Below, one piece after another: positions 1 to 8,102 of a DNA stretch of 32,000 nt. The notes below the pieces were generated by a model, which was given only the letters and a program-made list of their open reading frames with translations, was not told the DNA's origin and ran no database searches. This stretch comes from Mycobacterium tuberculosis H37Rv. GTDB taxonomy: Bacteria; Actinomycetota; Actinomycetes; Mycobacteriales; Mycobacteriaceae. Position 1 is the first letter of the stretch. Every line of letters begins with the position of its first letter. A program made the position numbers and the translations under genes. The stretch spans positions 840,001-872,000 of the forward strand of contig NC_000962.3 in assembly GCF_000195955.2 (NCBI RefSeq), written 5' to 3'.

Positions 1-1
1 C

Positions 2-856
2 GCCGGGGCCGGCGGGGCCGGTGGTGCCGGCGCGGTCGGTGGCAATGGCGGGGCCGGCGGTAACGGCGGGCTGTTCGCCAACGGGGGAGCCGGCGGGCCC
101 GGTGGGTTTGGCAGCCCCGCTGGGGCTGGCGGGATCGGCGGGGCAGGTGGGAACGGCGGGCTGTTCGGCGCCGGCGGGACCGGCGGGGCCGGCGGGGGAA
201 GCACCCTCGCCGGCGGCGCCGGCGGGGCGGGCGGCAACGGCGGGCTGTTCGGCGCCGGCGGCACCGGCGGCGCCGGCAGCCATAGCACCGCCGCCGGAGT
301 TTCCGGAGGGGCCGGCGGGGCCGGCGGCGACGCCGGCTTGCTCTCCCTCGGCGCCTCCGGCGGGGCCGGCGGCAGCGGCGGTTCCAGCCTGACCGCCGCC
401 GGCGTGGTCGGCGGCATCGGCGGCGCCGGAGGCTTGCTCTTCGGCTCCGGCGGCGCCGGCGGGAGCGGCGGGTTCAGCAACTCTGGCAACGGCGGCGCCG
501 GCGGGGCCGGCGGCGACGCGGGTTTGCTCGTCGGCTCCGGCGGGGCCGGCGGGGCCGGCGCCTCCGCCACCGGCGCCGCCACCGGCGGGGACGGCGGGGC
601 CGGCGGCAAGTCCGGAGCGTTCGGTCTCGGAGGTGACGGCGGCGCCGGCGGCGCCACCGGTTTGTCCGGTGCTTTCCACATCGGCGGCAAGGGCGGCGTC
701 GGCGGCAGCGCCGTGCTGATCGGCAACGGCGGCAACGGCGGCAACGGCGGTAACAGCGGTAACGCCGGGAAATCCGGGGGTGCACCCGGCCCCAGCGGCG
801 CCGGCGGCGCCGGCGGGCTGCTGCTCGGTGAGAACGGGCTGAACGGCTTGATGTAG
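2..856 (+). CDS. PE_PGRS10: PE_PGRS family protein, C-terminal part (5' end lies outside the window)
   Basis: Frame 2 is open from nt 2 to the TAG at 854-856. The track ORF 338..856 is only the tail of this frame, from a TTG onward. The translation is continuous GGAGGxGGNGGLF-type Gly/Ala repeats. The symbol comes from recognised H37Rv synteny (Rv0747). Confidence 0.85.
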   Translation, partial: AGAGGAGGAGAVGGNGGAGGNGGLFANGGAGGPGGFGSPAGAGGIGGAGGNGGLFGAGGTGGAGGGSTLAGGAGGAGGNGGLFGAGGTGGAGSHSTAAGVSGGAGGAGGDAGLLSLGASGGAGGSGGSSLTAAGVVGGIGGAGGLLFGSGGAGGSGGFSNSGNGGAGGAGGDAGLLVGSGGAGGAGASATGAATGGDGGAGGKSGAFGLGGDGGAGGATGLSGAFHIGGKGGVGGSAVLIGNGGNGGNGGNSGNAGKSGGAPGPSGAGGAGGLLLGENGLNGLM

Positions 857-915
857 CCGGCGGGCCTGCGACCGCGCGCGGCGTTGACAGCATCGCTTCG
901 GCCGCTCGACCGCAG

Positions 916-948
916 ATGATGCTGTTGATGCGTTACCGTGTGCATCAT
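916..948 (+). promoter_or_regulatory. Putative vapBC31 promoter/operator
   Basis: TGATGC occurs twice as a direct repeat (917-922, 926-931), with the inverted copy GCATCA at 942-947 overlapping the vapB31 ATG. A TANNNT hexamer, TACCGT (934-939), ends 7 nt before the ATG, which would fit a leaderless transcript. The call rests on sequence pattern only. Confidence 0.35.
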
Positions 949-1204
949 GCGCACCACGGTGTCAATCTCCGATGAAATACTCGCTGCCGCCAAACGCCGG
1001 GCCCGCGAGCGTGGTCAATCGCTGGGCGCTGTGATCGAGGACGCCCTTCGGCGGGAGTTCGCCGCCGCCCACGTCGGCGGCGCCCGCCCGACCGTCCCGG
1101 TTTTCGACGGCGGCACCGGTCCGCGGCGAGGCATCGACCTGACCTCGAATAGAGCGTTGTCCGAAGTGCTCGACGAGGGCCTGGAACTGAACTCCCGGAA
1201 GTAA
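947..1204 (+). CDS. vapB31: VapB antitoxin (ribbon-helix-helix type)
   Basis: 85 aa starting [38 protein letters not shown], which has the RHH/CopG pattern. It lies 23 nt upstream of a PIN toxin gene. The track ORF begins at GTG 938; the ATG at 947 is preferred. Confidence 0.85.
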   Translation: MRTTVSISDEILAAAKRRARERGQSLGAVIEDALRREFAAAHVGGARPTVPVFDGGTGPRRGIDLTSNRALSEVLDEGLELNSRK

Positions 1205-1227
1205 CCCCCAATAGGCGCAGAACGGCA

Positions 1228-1656
1228 ATGTTCCTTCTCGACGCCAACGTGCTGCTGGCTGCACACCGCGGTGACCACCCGAATCACCGAACCGTCCGCC
1301 CCTGGTTCGATCGACTGCTCGCGGCTGACGACCCCTTCACAGTGCCGAACCTGGTATGGGCGTCGTTCCTCCGGCTGGCAACGAATCGACGCATCTTCGA
1401 GATTCCGTCACCGCGAGCAGAGGCATTCGCATTCGTCGAAGCCGTCACCGCCCAGCCCCATCACCTTCCGACGAACCCCGGTCCCAGACACCTCATGCTG
1501 CTGCGAAAACTCTGCGACGAGGCCGACGCATCGGGCGACTTGATACCTGACGCGGTACTCGCGGCCATAGCAGTGGGGCATCACTGCGCCGTGGTGAGCC
1601 TGGACAGGGATTTCGCCCGGTTTGCCTCGGTGCGCCACATTCGCCCGCCGCTCTAG
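1228..1656 (+). CDS. vapC31: VapC PIN-domain ribonuclease toxin
   Basis: 142 aa with the N-terminus [10 protein letters not shown] (conserved PIN Asp) and a C-terminal SLDRDF motif. It is paired with the upstream antitoxin. Confidence 0.9.
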   Translation: MFLLDANVLLAAHRGDHPNHRTVRPWFDRLLAADDPFTVPNLVWASFLRLATNRRIFEIPSPRAEAFAFVEAVTAQPHHLPTNPGPRHLMLLRKLCDEADASGDLIPDAVLAAIAVGHHCAVVSLDRDFARFASVRHIRPPL

Positions 1657-1736
1657 CGAGCGGTCCTCAAGTACAGTCGGCGACCGGACAAACCGCTGCG
1701 CCAGACGATTCACCGTCCTCGCGTCAATTCGAGCAG

Positions 1737-1935
1737 CTACGGCCGAAAGCCAAGGGCCTTCTTGGTCGGGGTGAAAAAGTTCAGACGCAGCGACACCAGC
1801 TGCCACAGCTGGTTGAGCAACTCCAGTTCCTCGGTGCTGTCGTAGCGCCAGTGGAACGCGTGTTTGCGCACCACACGGTTGTTCTTTCGACTCCACGTGC
1901 GCCTGGTCGTTCGTCTGGTACACCAGGCTACCGGG
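1737..1935 (-). pseudogene. 3'-terminal relic of a DDE/integrase-type transposase gene, frameshifted
   Basis: The minus strand reads [17 protein letters not shown] in one frame. After an A3 run (plus-strand TTT at 1885-1887) it continues in another frame as [48 protein letters not shown]. Removing one A restores ...[12 protein letters not shown]..., a C-terminal pattern I associate with actinobacterial rve-type transposases. I cannot assign the family by eye. Confidence 0.5.
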
Positions 1936-2032
1936 CTATCGGATTCGGCCCCAAACCTCAGGAGCCGCCTCCGGATCCGGTGCCGTTTCCGCCCTACCAG
2001 CCGAAGGTGTGGGACTAAACTATCTAGGGCAA

Positions 2033-2278
2033 GTGCGGGCCATAGTGGGCGACTGCGTCATCCACATCATGCCGATGGGCACCGGGGTCGAGCTGAGCAA
2101 GTTGGCCGATCTGGCATTGGATATCGGCCGCAGTGTCGGATGCTCGGCCTACGAGAACGACTTCACGCTGCCGGACATTCCAACGCAGTGGCGCAACCAG
2201 CCGCTGGGCTGGTACACGCAAGGCCTTGCCCCCTACCTGCCGGGGCTGTCGGACCCGAAAGACGCCGCCGAGGGCTGA
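2033..2278 (+). CDS. Rv0750: Small conserved hypothetical protein (81 aa from GTG 2033; alternative GTG at 2009)
   Basis: Open frame ending at TGA 2276-2278. Codon third positions are GC-rich. I recognise no domain. The symbol comes from synteny. Confidence 0.5.
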   Translation: MRAIVGDCVIHIMPMGTGVELSKLADLALDIGRSVGCSAYENDFTLPDIPTQWRNQPLGWYTQGLAPYLPGLSDPKDAAEG

Positions 2279-2302
2279 TGGGTGTGCCGGCGACCTCTGA
2301 GG

Positions 2303-2362
2303 GCGAGCAGACGCATAAGCGCCCAATTTCGTGTCGAAATGGGCGCTTATGCGTCTGCTCGC
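2303..2362. terminator. Long perfect hairpin between convergent genes (candidate bidirectional terminator)
   Basis: Nt 2303-2324 pair with 2341-2362 (22 bp). After one bulged A (2325), nt 2326-2331 pair with 2335-2340 (6 bp). The loop is TGT. There is no U tract. Confidence 0.6.
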
Positions 2363-3231
2363 GCGCGCAACGTGTGGATCACCGCGCTGAAGTCCAGGTC
2401 GGCGTGGTCGGCGGCGAATTTGGCGTAGATGTCGGCGGCGTGGCTGCCCAGCGGGGCCGTCGCACCGGTGGCGGCCACCGCATCCATCGCCAGGCCCAGG
2501 TCCTTGTTCATCAACGCGGTCGAAAACCCGGGCTTGAAGTCGTTGTTGGCCGGTGAGGTGGGCACCGGGCCCGGCACCGGGCAATTGGTGTGCACCGCCC
2601 AGCAATTGCCGGTCGCGCCGGTGATGACGTCGAACAACGATTGTGCGGACAGCCCGAGCTTCTCGGCCAGCACGAACGCCTCGGCGATCGCGATCTGCTG
2701 CACCGCCAGCACCATGTTGTTGCACACCTTGGCGGCCTGTCCGGCACCGGCGGCGCCGCAGTGAATGATCTTGCCCGCCATGGGCTCTAGTACCGGGCGT
2801 GCCCGCCGTAGCGTGGACTCGTCGCCGCCGACCATGAATGCCAGCGTCGCGGCGGCGGCGCCCTTCACCCCGCCGGAGACCGGCGCATCCAGTTGGAGCA
2901 TGCCGTGCGATTCGGCCAGCGCGTGCACCTCACGGGCATCGGTGACCGAGATCGTGGAGCTGTCGATGAACAGCGTTGCCGGACGCGCGGCGGCCAGCAC
3001 GTCGGTGTAGCAGCGCCGGACCACCTCGCCGGTGGGCAGCATGGTGATGACCACGTCGGCCTCGGCCACCGCTTCGGGCGCGCTACGAAACACCGCGACA
3101 CCGTGCGCGGCGGCGCCGGACGCCGCCGTGGGTGCCGGGTCGAATCCACGCACGACGTGGCCCGCACCAACCAGATTCGCCGACATCGGCGCACCCATGT
3201 TGCCCAAACCTAGGAAGGCGATGGTCGTCAT
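2347..3231 (-). CDS. mmsB: 3-hydroxyisobutyrate dehydrogenase
   Basis: 294 aa starting MTTIAFLGLGNMGAPMSANL (Rossmann GLGNMG). The start codon (plus-strand CAT) is at 3229-3231. The 433-aa track ORF is an upstream over-extension that overlaps fadE9 out of frame. Confidence 0.9.
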   Translation of the reverse strand: MTTIAFLGLGNMGAPMSANLVGAGHVVRGFDPAPTAASGAAAHGVAVFRSAPEAVAEADVVITMLPTGEVVRRCYTDVLAAARPATLFIDSSTISVTDAREVHALAESHGMLQLDAPVSGGVKGAAAATLAFMVGGDESTLRRARPVLEPMAGKIIHCGAAGAGQAAKVCNNMVLAVQQIAIAEAFVLAEKLGLSAQSLFDVITGATGNCWAVHTNCPVPGPVPTSPANNDFKPGFSTALMNKDLGLAMDAVAATGATAPLGSHAADIYAKFAADHADLDFSAVIHTLRARADA

Positions 3232-3241
3232 CTGAGCCTCT

Positions 3242-4414
3242 CTAAACGGTGGCGCGGAACCGCGCGGCCTCGGCCCGACCGATGACCAGCCGCATGATCT
3301 CGTTGGTCCCTTCCAGGATGCGATGCACCCGCAGGTCGCGGACGATCTTCTCCAGACCATACTCGCGCAGATAGCCATAGCCGCCGTGCAGCTGCAGGGC
3401 CTGGTCGGCGACCTCAAAGCAGGTGTCGGTGACGTAGCGCTTGGCCATCGCACACAGCTCGACCTTGTCGGCGTCGTCGTCATCGAGCGCACTTGCGGCC
3501 CGCCACAACAACATTCGCGACGTCTGCAGCCCGGTAGCCATGTCGGCCAGGGTAAACCGCACGGTGGGCTCGTCGAGCAGCGATCCGCCGAAGGCCTGTC
3601 GGTCGCGAACGTAGGCGCCCGCTTTGTCAAAGGCGGCCTGCGCGCCACCCAGCGAGCATGCTGCGATATTGAGCCGGCCGCCGTTGAGGCCGCTCATCGC
3701 GATACCGAAGCCGGCGCCTTCGCCGTCGGCGCCGCCCAGCATGGCCTCGGCGGGTACCCGCACCCCGTCCAGCACCACCTGCGCGGTGGGTTGGGCATGC
3801 CAACCCATCTTCGCTTCGGGCGCGCCGAAACTCAGCCCCGGTGTGCCCTTTTCGACGATGAACGCCGACACGCCGCGCGGACCCTCGGCGCCCGTGCGCG
3901 CCATCACCACATACACGTCCGATGCTGCGGCCCCGGAAATGAATTGTTTGACGCCATCGAGCACGTAGTCGCCGCCTTTTCCTGAGCCGTGCCTGACGGC
4001 GCGGGTGCTCAGTGCGCCGGCATCGGATCCGGCGCCCGGTTCGGTCAGGCAGTAGCTGGCGATGACGCCCATGGTGGCCAGTCGCGGAATCCAGTCCTTG
4101 CGTTGCTCGTCGGTGCCGAAGCTGTCAATCATCCACGCGCACATGTTGTGGATGGACAAAAACGCGGCGGTCACCGGGTCGGCGATCGCCAACTGCTCGA
4201 AGATGCGCACGCCGTCGAGCCGGCGCAGCCCACTGCCGCCGACGTCGTCGCGGCAATAGATCGCGGCCATGCCGAGTTCGGCCGCTTCCCGCAACACGTC
4301 CACCGGAAAGTGTTTGGCGGCATCCCATTCCAGGGCGTGCGGAGCCAGGCGTTTGCCGGCGAAGGCGGCCGCCGTCTCGACGATCACCCGTTCGTCGTCG
4401 TTAAGGACAAACAT
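3242..4414 (-). CDS. fadE9: Acyl-CoA dehydrogenase (isobutyryl-CoA dehydrogenase-like)
   Basis: 390 aa with ACAD signatures (CLTEPGAGSD; C-terminal ILEGTNEIMRLVIGR). It is separated by 10 nt from mmsB and by 6 nt from mmsA. Confidence 0.9.
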   Translation of the reverse strand: MFVLNDDERVIVETAAAFAGKRLAPHALEWDAAKHFPVDVLREAAELGMAAIYCRDDVGGSGLRRLDGVRIFEQLAIADPVTAAFLSIHNMCAWMIDSFGTDEQRKDWIPRLATMGVIASYCLTEPGAGSDAGALSTRAVRHGSGKGGDYVLDGVKQFISGAAASDVYVVMARTGAEGPRGVSAFIVEKGTPGLSFGAPEAKMGWHAQPTAQVVLDGVRVPAEAMLGGADGEGAGFGIAMSGLNGGRLNIAACSLGGAQAAFDKAGAYVRDRQAFGGSLLDEPTVRFTLADMATGLQTSRMLLWRAASALDDDDADKVELCAMAKRYVTDTCFEVADQALQLHGGYGYLREYGLEKIVRDLRVHRILEGTNEIMRLVIGRAEAARFRATV

Positions 4415-4420
4415 GACACG

Positions 4421-5953
4421 CTAACTCATTGTGGGGATGACGAATTCGGCACCGTCCTTGATGCCTGACGGCCATCGCGACGTGACGGTCTTGACCTTGG
4501 TGTAGAACTGGATTGCCGCCGGGCCGTGCTGGTTGAGGTCGCCGAAGCCGGAGCGCTTCCAGCCGCCGAAAGTGTGGTAGGCCACCGGCACCGGGATCGG
4601 CACGTTGACGCCGACCATGCCCACCTGCACCCGGGAGACGAAGTCGCGGGCCGCGTCGCCGTCGCGGGTGAAGATCGCCACCCCGTTGCCGTATTCGTGC
4701 TCCGACGGCAGCCGCAACGCCTCTTCGTAGTCGCGGGCGCGAACCATGCACAACACCGGCCCGAAGATTTCGTCGGTGTAGATCGACATGTGGGCAGCGA
4801 CATGGTCGAACAGGGTCGGCCCGATGAAGAAGCCGCCCTCCAGGTTCGCATCGCCTTCAGGCAGCCCAAAGGTCAGGTCGTCGCTGGCGCGGTCGCGGCC
4901 GTCAACGACCAGCTCGGCACCGGCGGCCACACCCTGGCCGATGTAGTCGCGCACCCGCGCCAGCGCCGCCCCGGTGACCAGCGGGCCGTAGTCCGCCTTG
5001 GGGTCCAGGCTGTGTCCCACCCGCAAGTTATTGATCCGCTCGATCAGCCTGGCGCGCAACCGCTCCGCGGTCTGATCGCCCACCGGCACGGCGACGCTGA
5101 TCGCCATGCAGCGTTCGCCGGCGCTGCCGTATCCGGCGCCGATCAGTGCGTCCACGGCCTGATCCAGGTCCGCGTCGGGCATCACGATCATGTGGTTCTT
5201 GGCACCGCCGAAACACTGCGCCCGCTTGCCGGTGGCGGCGGCACCAGCGTAGATGTACTGAGCGATATCCGAGCTGCCGACGAAGCCGACGGCCTTGATG
5301 TCGGGGTGGTGCAGGATGGCGTCGACGGCCTCCTTGTCGCCGTGCACCACCTGGAACACGCCCGCCGGCAGGCCCGCCTCGATGAACAGCTCGGCCAGCC
5401 TCACCGGAACCGACGGGTCGCGCTCACTTGGCTTGAGCACGAAGGCGTTGCCGCACGCTAGGGCCGGGCCGGCCTTCCACAGCGGAATCATCGCCGGGAA
5501 GTTGAACGGGGTGATCCCCGCGACCACACCCAGGGGCTGCCGCAGCGAATAGACGTCGATGCCGGGGCCGGCACCCTCGGTGTACTCGCCCTTGAGCAGG
5601 TGGGGAATGCCCAGGCAGAACTCGATTACCTCGATGCCGCGCTGGACGTCGCCGCGGGCGTCGGCCAGCGTTTTGCCGTGCTCACGCGACAACAGCTCGG
5701 CCAACTCGTCGATGGTGTCGTTGACCAGTTCGATAAACCGCATCAACACCCGGGCACGGCGCTGGGGATTCCATGCGGCCCAGCCCTTTTGGGCCTCGAC
5801 CGCGGAGGCCACGGCCGCGTCGATGTCTGACTTGCCGGCCATCGGTACCTTCGCCTGGATCTGGCCGGTGTTGGGGTCGAAGACGTCGGCCGAGCGCGTG
5901 GACTGGCCGGCGGTGCGTTGTCCGTCGATGAAATGTGAAATCTGTGTGGTCAT
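4421..5953 (-). CDS. mmsA: Methylmalonate-semialdehyde dehydrogenase (CoA-acylating ALDH)
   Basis: 510 aa from the ATG at 5953 (MTTQISHFIDGQ...). It carries the ALDH motifs FGGAKNH and GERCMA. The track ORF starts 5 codons further upstream. Confidence 0.9.
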   Translation of the reverse strand: MTTQISHFIDGQRTAGQSTRSADVFDPNTGQIQAKVPMAGKSDIDAAVASAVEAQKGWAAWNPQRRARVLMRFIELVNDTIDELAELLSREHGKTLADARGDVQRGIEVIEFCLGIPHLLKGEYTEGAGPGIDVYSLRQPLGVVAGITPFNFPAMIPLWKAGPALACGNAFVLKPSERDPSVPVRLAELFIEAGLPAGVFQVVHGDKEAVDAILHHPDIKAVGFVGSSDIAQYIYAGAAATGKRAQCFGGAKNHMIVMPDADLDQAVDALIGAGYGSAGERCMAISVAVPVGDQTAERLRARLIERINNLRVGHSLDPKADYGPLVTGAALARVRDYIGQGVAAGAELVVDGRDRASDDLTFGLPEGDANLEGGFFIGPTLFDHVAAHMSIYTDEIFGPVLCMVRARDYEEALRLPSEHEYGNGVAIFTRDGDAARDFVSRVQVGMVGVNVPIPVPVAYHTFGGWKRSGFGDLNQHGPAAIQFYTKVKTVTSRWPSGIKDGAEFVIPTMS

Positions 5954-6158
5954 GGTTGTCCTGTGCAAGCCGGTGGCGGCGGGGAATCCCGATACTTGGA
6001 TATCCTAGTAACTGTGGCGGATGGCTCGCAAGGCGACCGAGCCGACAGCGTCCTAGCGGGAGACGCTTGGATGCTCGTTGCATTTTGGCCGATACCCGCA
6101 TCTGTTCCGGCGCTGCGCTCCATCATGGCTAGTACGCGACAACACCCGGGGGTAAGCG

Positions 6159-7913
6159 ATGTCATTTGTGATCGTGGCGCGGGACGCGTTGGCGGCGGCC
6201 GCGGCGGATCTAGCGCAGATCGGTTCGGCAGTGAATGCGGGCAATCTGGCCGCAGCCAATCCGACGACCGCTGTGGCGGCGGCGGCCGCCGACGAGGTAT
6301 CGGCGGCACTCGCGGCGCTGTTCGGCGCGCATGCCCGGGAGTATCAGGCGGCGGCGGCGCAGGCAGCGGCGTATCACGAGCAGTTTGTGCACCGATTGAG
6401 CGCGGCAGCGACATCGTATGCGGTTACCGAGGTGACCATCGCGACGTCGCTCCGGGGGGCGCTGGGCTCGGCGCCCGCGTCCGTTTCCGACGGGTTCCAA
6501 GCGTTCGTCTATGGTCCGATTCACGCGACCGGCCAGCAATGGATCAACAGCCCGGTCGGCGAGGCGCTCGCCCCGATTGTCAATGCGCCGACAAACGTGC
6601 TGCTCGGCCGCGATCTGATCGGCAACGGCGTCACCGGGACGGCGGCAGCTCCCAACGGTGGCCCCGGCGGTTTGCTATTCGGTGACGGTGGGGCCGGCTA
6701 TACCGGCGGTAACGGTGGGAGTGCCGGGTTAATCGGCAACGGGGGTACCGGTGGCGCCGGCTTTGCCGGCGGAGTGGGCGGCATGGGCGGCACCGGCGGC
6801 TGGTTGATGGGCAACGGCGGCATGGGTGGCGCGGGCGGTGTCGGCGGTAACGGCGGCGCCGGGGGCCAGGCGCTGTTGTTCGGCAACGGCGGCCTGGGCG
6901 GAGCCGGCGGGGCTGGCGGGGTCGATGGGGCTATCGGTCGTGGCGGGTGGTTCATCGGTACCGGCGGCATGGCCACGATCGGTGGTGGCGGCAACGGGCA
7001 GTCGATCGTCATCGACTTCGTGCGGCACGGCCAGACGCCGGGCAACGCCGCAATGTTGATCGACACGGCGGTGCCCGGACCCGGACTCACCGCGCTGGGC
7101 CAGCAACAGGCGCAGGCCATCGCCAACGCGCTCGCGGCCAAGGGCCCCTATGCCGGGATCTTCGACTCGCAGTTGATCAGAACGCAGCAGACCGCCGCGC
7201 CGTTGGCGAACTTGCTGGGGATGGCCCCGCAGGTATTGCCCGGGCTCAACGAGATCCATGCCGGCATCTTCGAGGACCTGCCGCAGATCAGCCCCGCGGG
7301 CCTGCTGTATCTCGTCGGCCCGATCGCCTGGACGCTCGGATTTCCCATCGTGCCGATGCTGGCCCCGGGCTCCACCGACGTCAACGGGATCGTCTTCAAC
7401 CGAGCCTTTACCGGTGCGGTTCAAACGATCTACGACGCTTCCTTGGCCAATCCGGTCGTGGCCGCAGACGGCAACATCACGTCGGTCGCTTACTCCAGCG
7501 CATTCACCATCGGGGTCGGGACGATGATGAACGTCGACAATCCCCATCCGCTACTGCTGCTCACCCACCCGGTGCCCAACACCGGCGCCGTCGTGGTACA
7601 GGGCAATCCCGAGGGCGGCTGGACGCTGGTCAGCTGGGACGGGATACCCGTCGGGCCGGCGTCGCTGCCGACCGCGTTATTCGTCGACGTGCGCGAGCTG
7701 ATCACGGCGCCGCAATATGCGGCCTACGACATTTGGGAGTCCCTGTTCACCGGCGATCCGGCGGCGGTCATCAACGCGGTGCGAGACGGTGCCGATGAGG
7801 TCGGCGCGGCTGTGGTCCAGTTCCCACATGCGGTGGCTGACGACGTGATCGACGCTACGGGCCACCCCTATCTAAGCGGCCTGCCGATCGGTCTGCCCAG
7901 CCTGATCCCATGA
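6159..7913 (+). CDS. PE_PGRS11: PE_PGRS protein with C-terminal histidine-phosphatase (phosphoglycerate mutase-like) domain
   Basis: N-terminal PE domain ([23 protein letters not shown]...). A short GGxGG PGRS block covers about aa 165-282. It is followed by [14 protein letters not shown], with the RHG catalytic motif at nt 7023-7031. Confidence 0.9.
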   Translation: MSFVIVARDALAAAAADLAQIGSAVNAGNLAAANPTTAVAAAAADEVSAALAALFGAHAREYQAAAAQAAAYHEQFVHRLSAAATSYAVTEVTIATSLRGALGSAPASVSDGFQAFVYGPIHATGQQWINSPVGEALAPIVNAPTNVLLGRDLIGNGVTGTAAAPNGGPGGLLFGDGGAGYTGGNGGSAGLIGNGGTGGAGFAGGVGGMGGTGGWLMGNGGMGGAGGVGGNGGAGGQALLFGNGGLGGAGGAGGVDGAIGRGGWFIGTGGMATIGGGGNGQSIVIDFVRHGQTPGNAAMLIDTAVPGPGLTALGQQQAQAIANALAAKGPYAGIFDSQLIRTQQTAAPLANLLGMAPQVLPGLNEIHAGIFEDLPQISPAGLLYLVGPIAWTLGFPIVPMLAPGSTDVNGIVFNRAFTGAVQTIYDASLANPVVAADGNITSVAYSSAFTIGVGTMMNVDNPHPLLLLTHPVPNTGAVVVQGNPEGGWTLVSWDGIPVGPASLPTALFVDVRELITAPQYAAYDIWESLFTGDPAAVINAVRDGADEVGAAVVQFPHAVADDVIDATGHPYLSGLPIGLPSLIP

Positions 7914-8102
7914 CCGCGAGCGACCAATAGGTCCCCACATGGCCCGGAGGCCGCTGCCAGCATTGACCCGACGATGCCGGCCCGCAGGCTTCCCTGATCG
8001 TGCGGAACCTGCTCGGCCGTGCATGGGACATCCAGATCGGATTGCCTCCGGGTACGGCGTACGCCGGACCCGGTCGCCGGGACGATACCGGGCTAGTGTT
8101 AG

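Noticed and set aside
884-889. Perfect TTGACA hexamer upstream of vapB31
   Set aside because: No -10-like element lies 16-19 nt downstream, the nearest TANNNT is 44 nt away, and -35 elements are poorly conserved in mycobacteria. It was not called as a promoter.
21-893. ORFs 21..392 (+) and 474..893 (-) overlapping the PE_PGRS repeat region
   Set aside because: These are alternate-frame and antisense readings of the GGC/GCC-rich repeat. The products are Pro/Ala or Arg/Cys/Trp low-complexity strings. The Gly-rich frame 2 is the recognisable PE_PGRS frame.
3232-3648. 139-aa N-terminal extension of the mmsB ORF (track ORF 2347..3648)
   Set aside because: The extension overlaps fadE9 out of frame and has no homology-like pattern. 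The Rossmann N-terminus MTTIAFLGLGNMG begins at the ATG at 3231.
4526-5461. Long antisense ORFs inside real genes (for example 4526..5461, 14486..15403, 16613..17503, 19793..20572, 26827..27405 on +, and 20097..20810, 20602..21273 on -)
   Set aside because: Such ORFs are expected by chance at about 65 percent GC because stop codons are rare. The compositions are dominated by Arg, Ala, Gly, Pro and His, and the opposite strand carries clearly recognisable enzyme genes.
5996-6005. GGATATCC palindrome in the mmsA upstream region as a possible operator
   Set aside because: It is a single 8-bp site with no repeat, and no cognate regulator gene lies in the neighbourhood. The evidence is insufficient.
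8052-8065. 12-bp palindrome CGGCGTACGCCG between the convergent PE_PGRS11 and PPE12 genes
   Set aside because: It is short and GC-rich with no flanking extension or U tract. It cannot be told apart from a chance palindrome in this composition.
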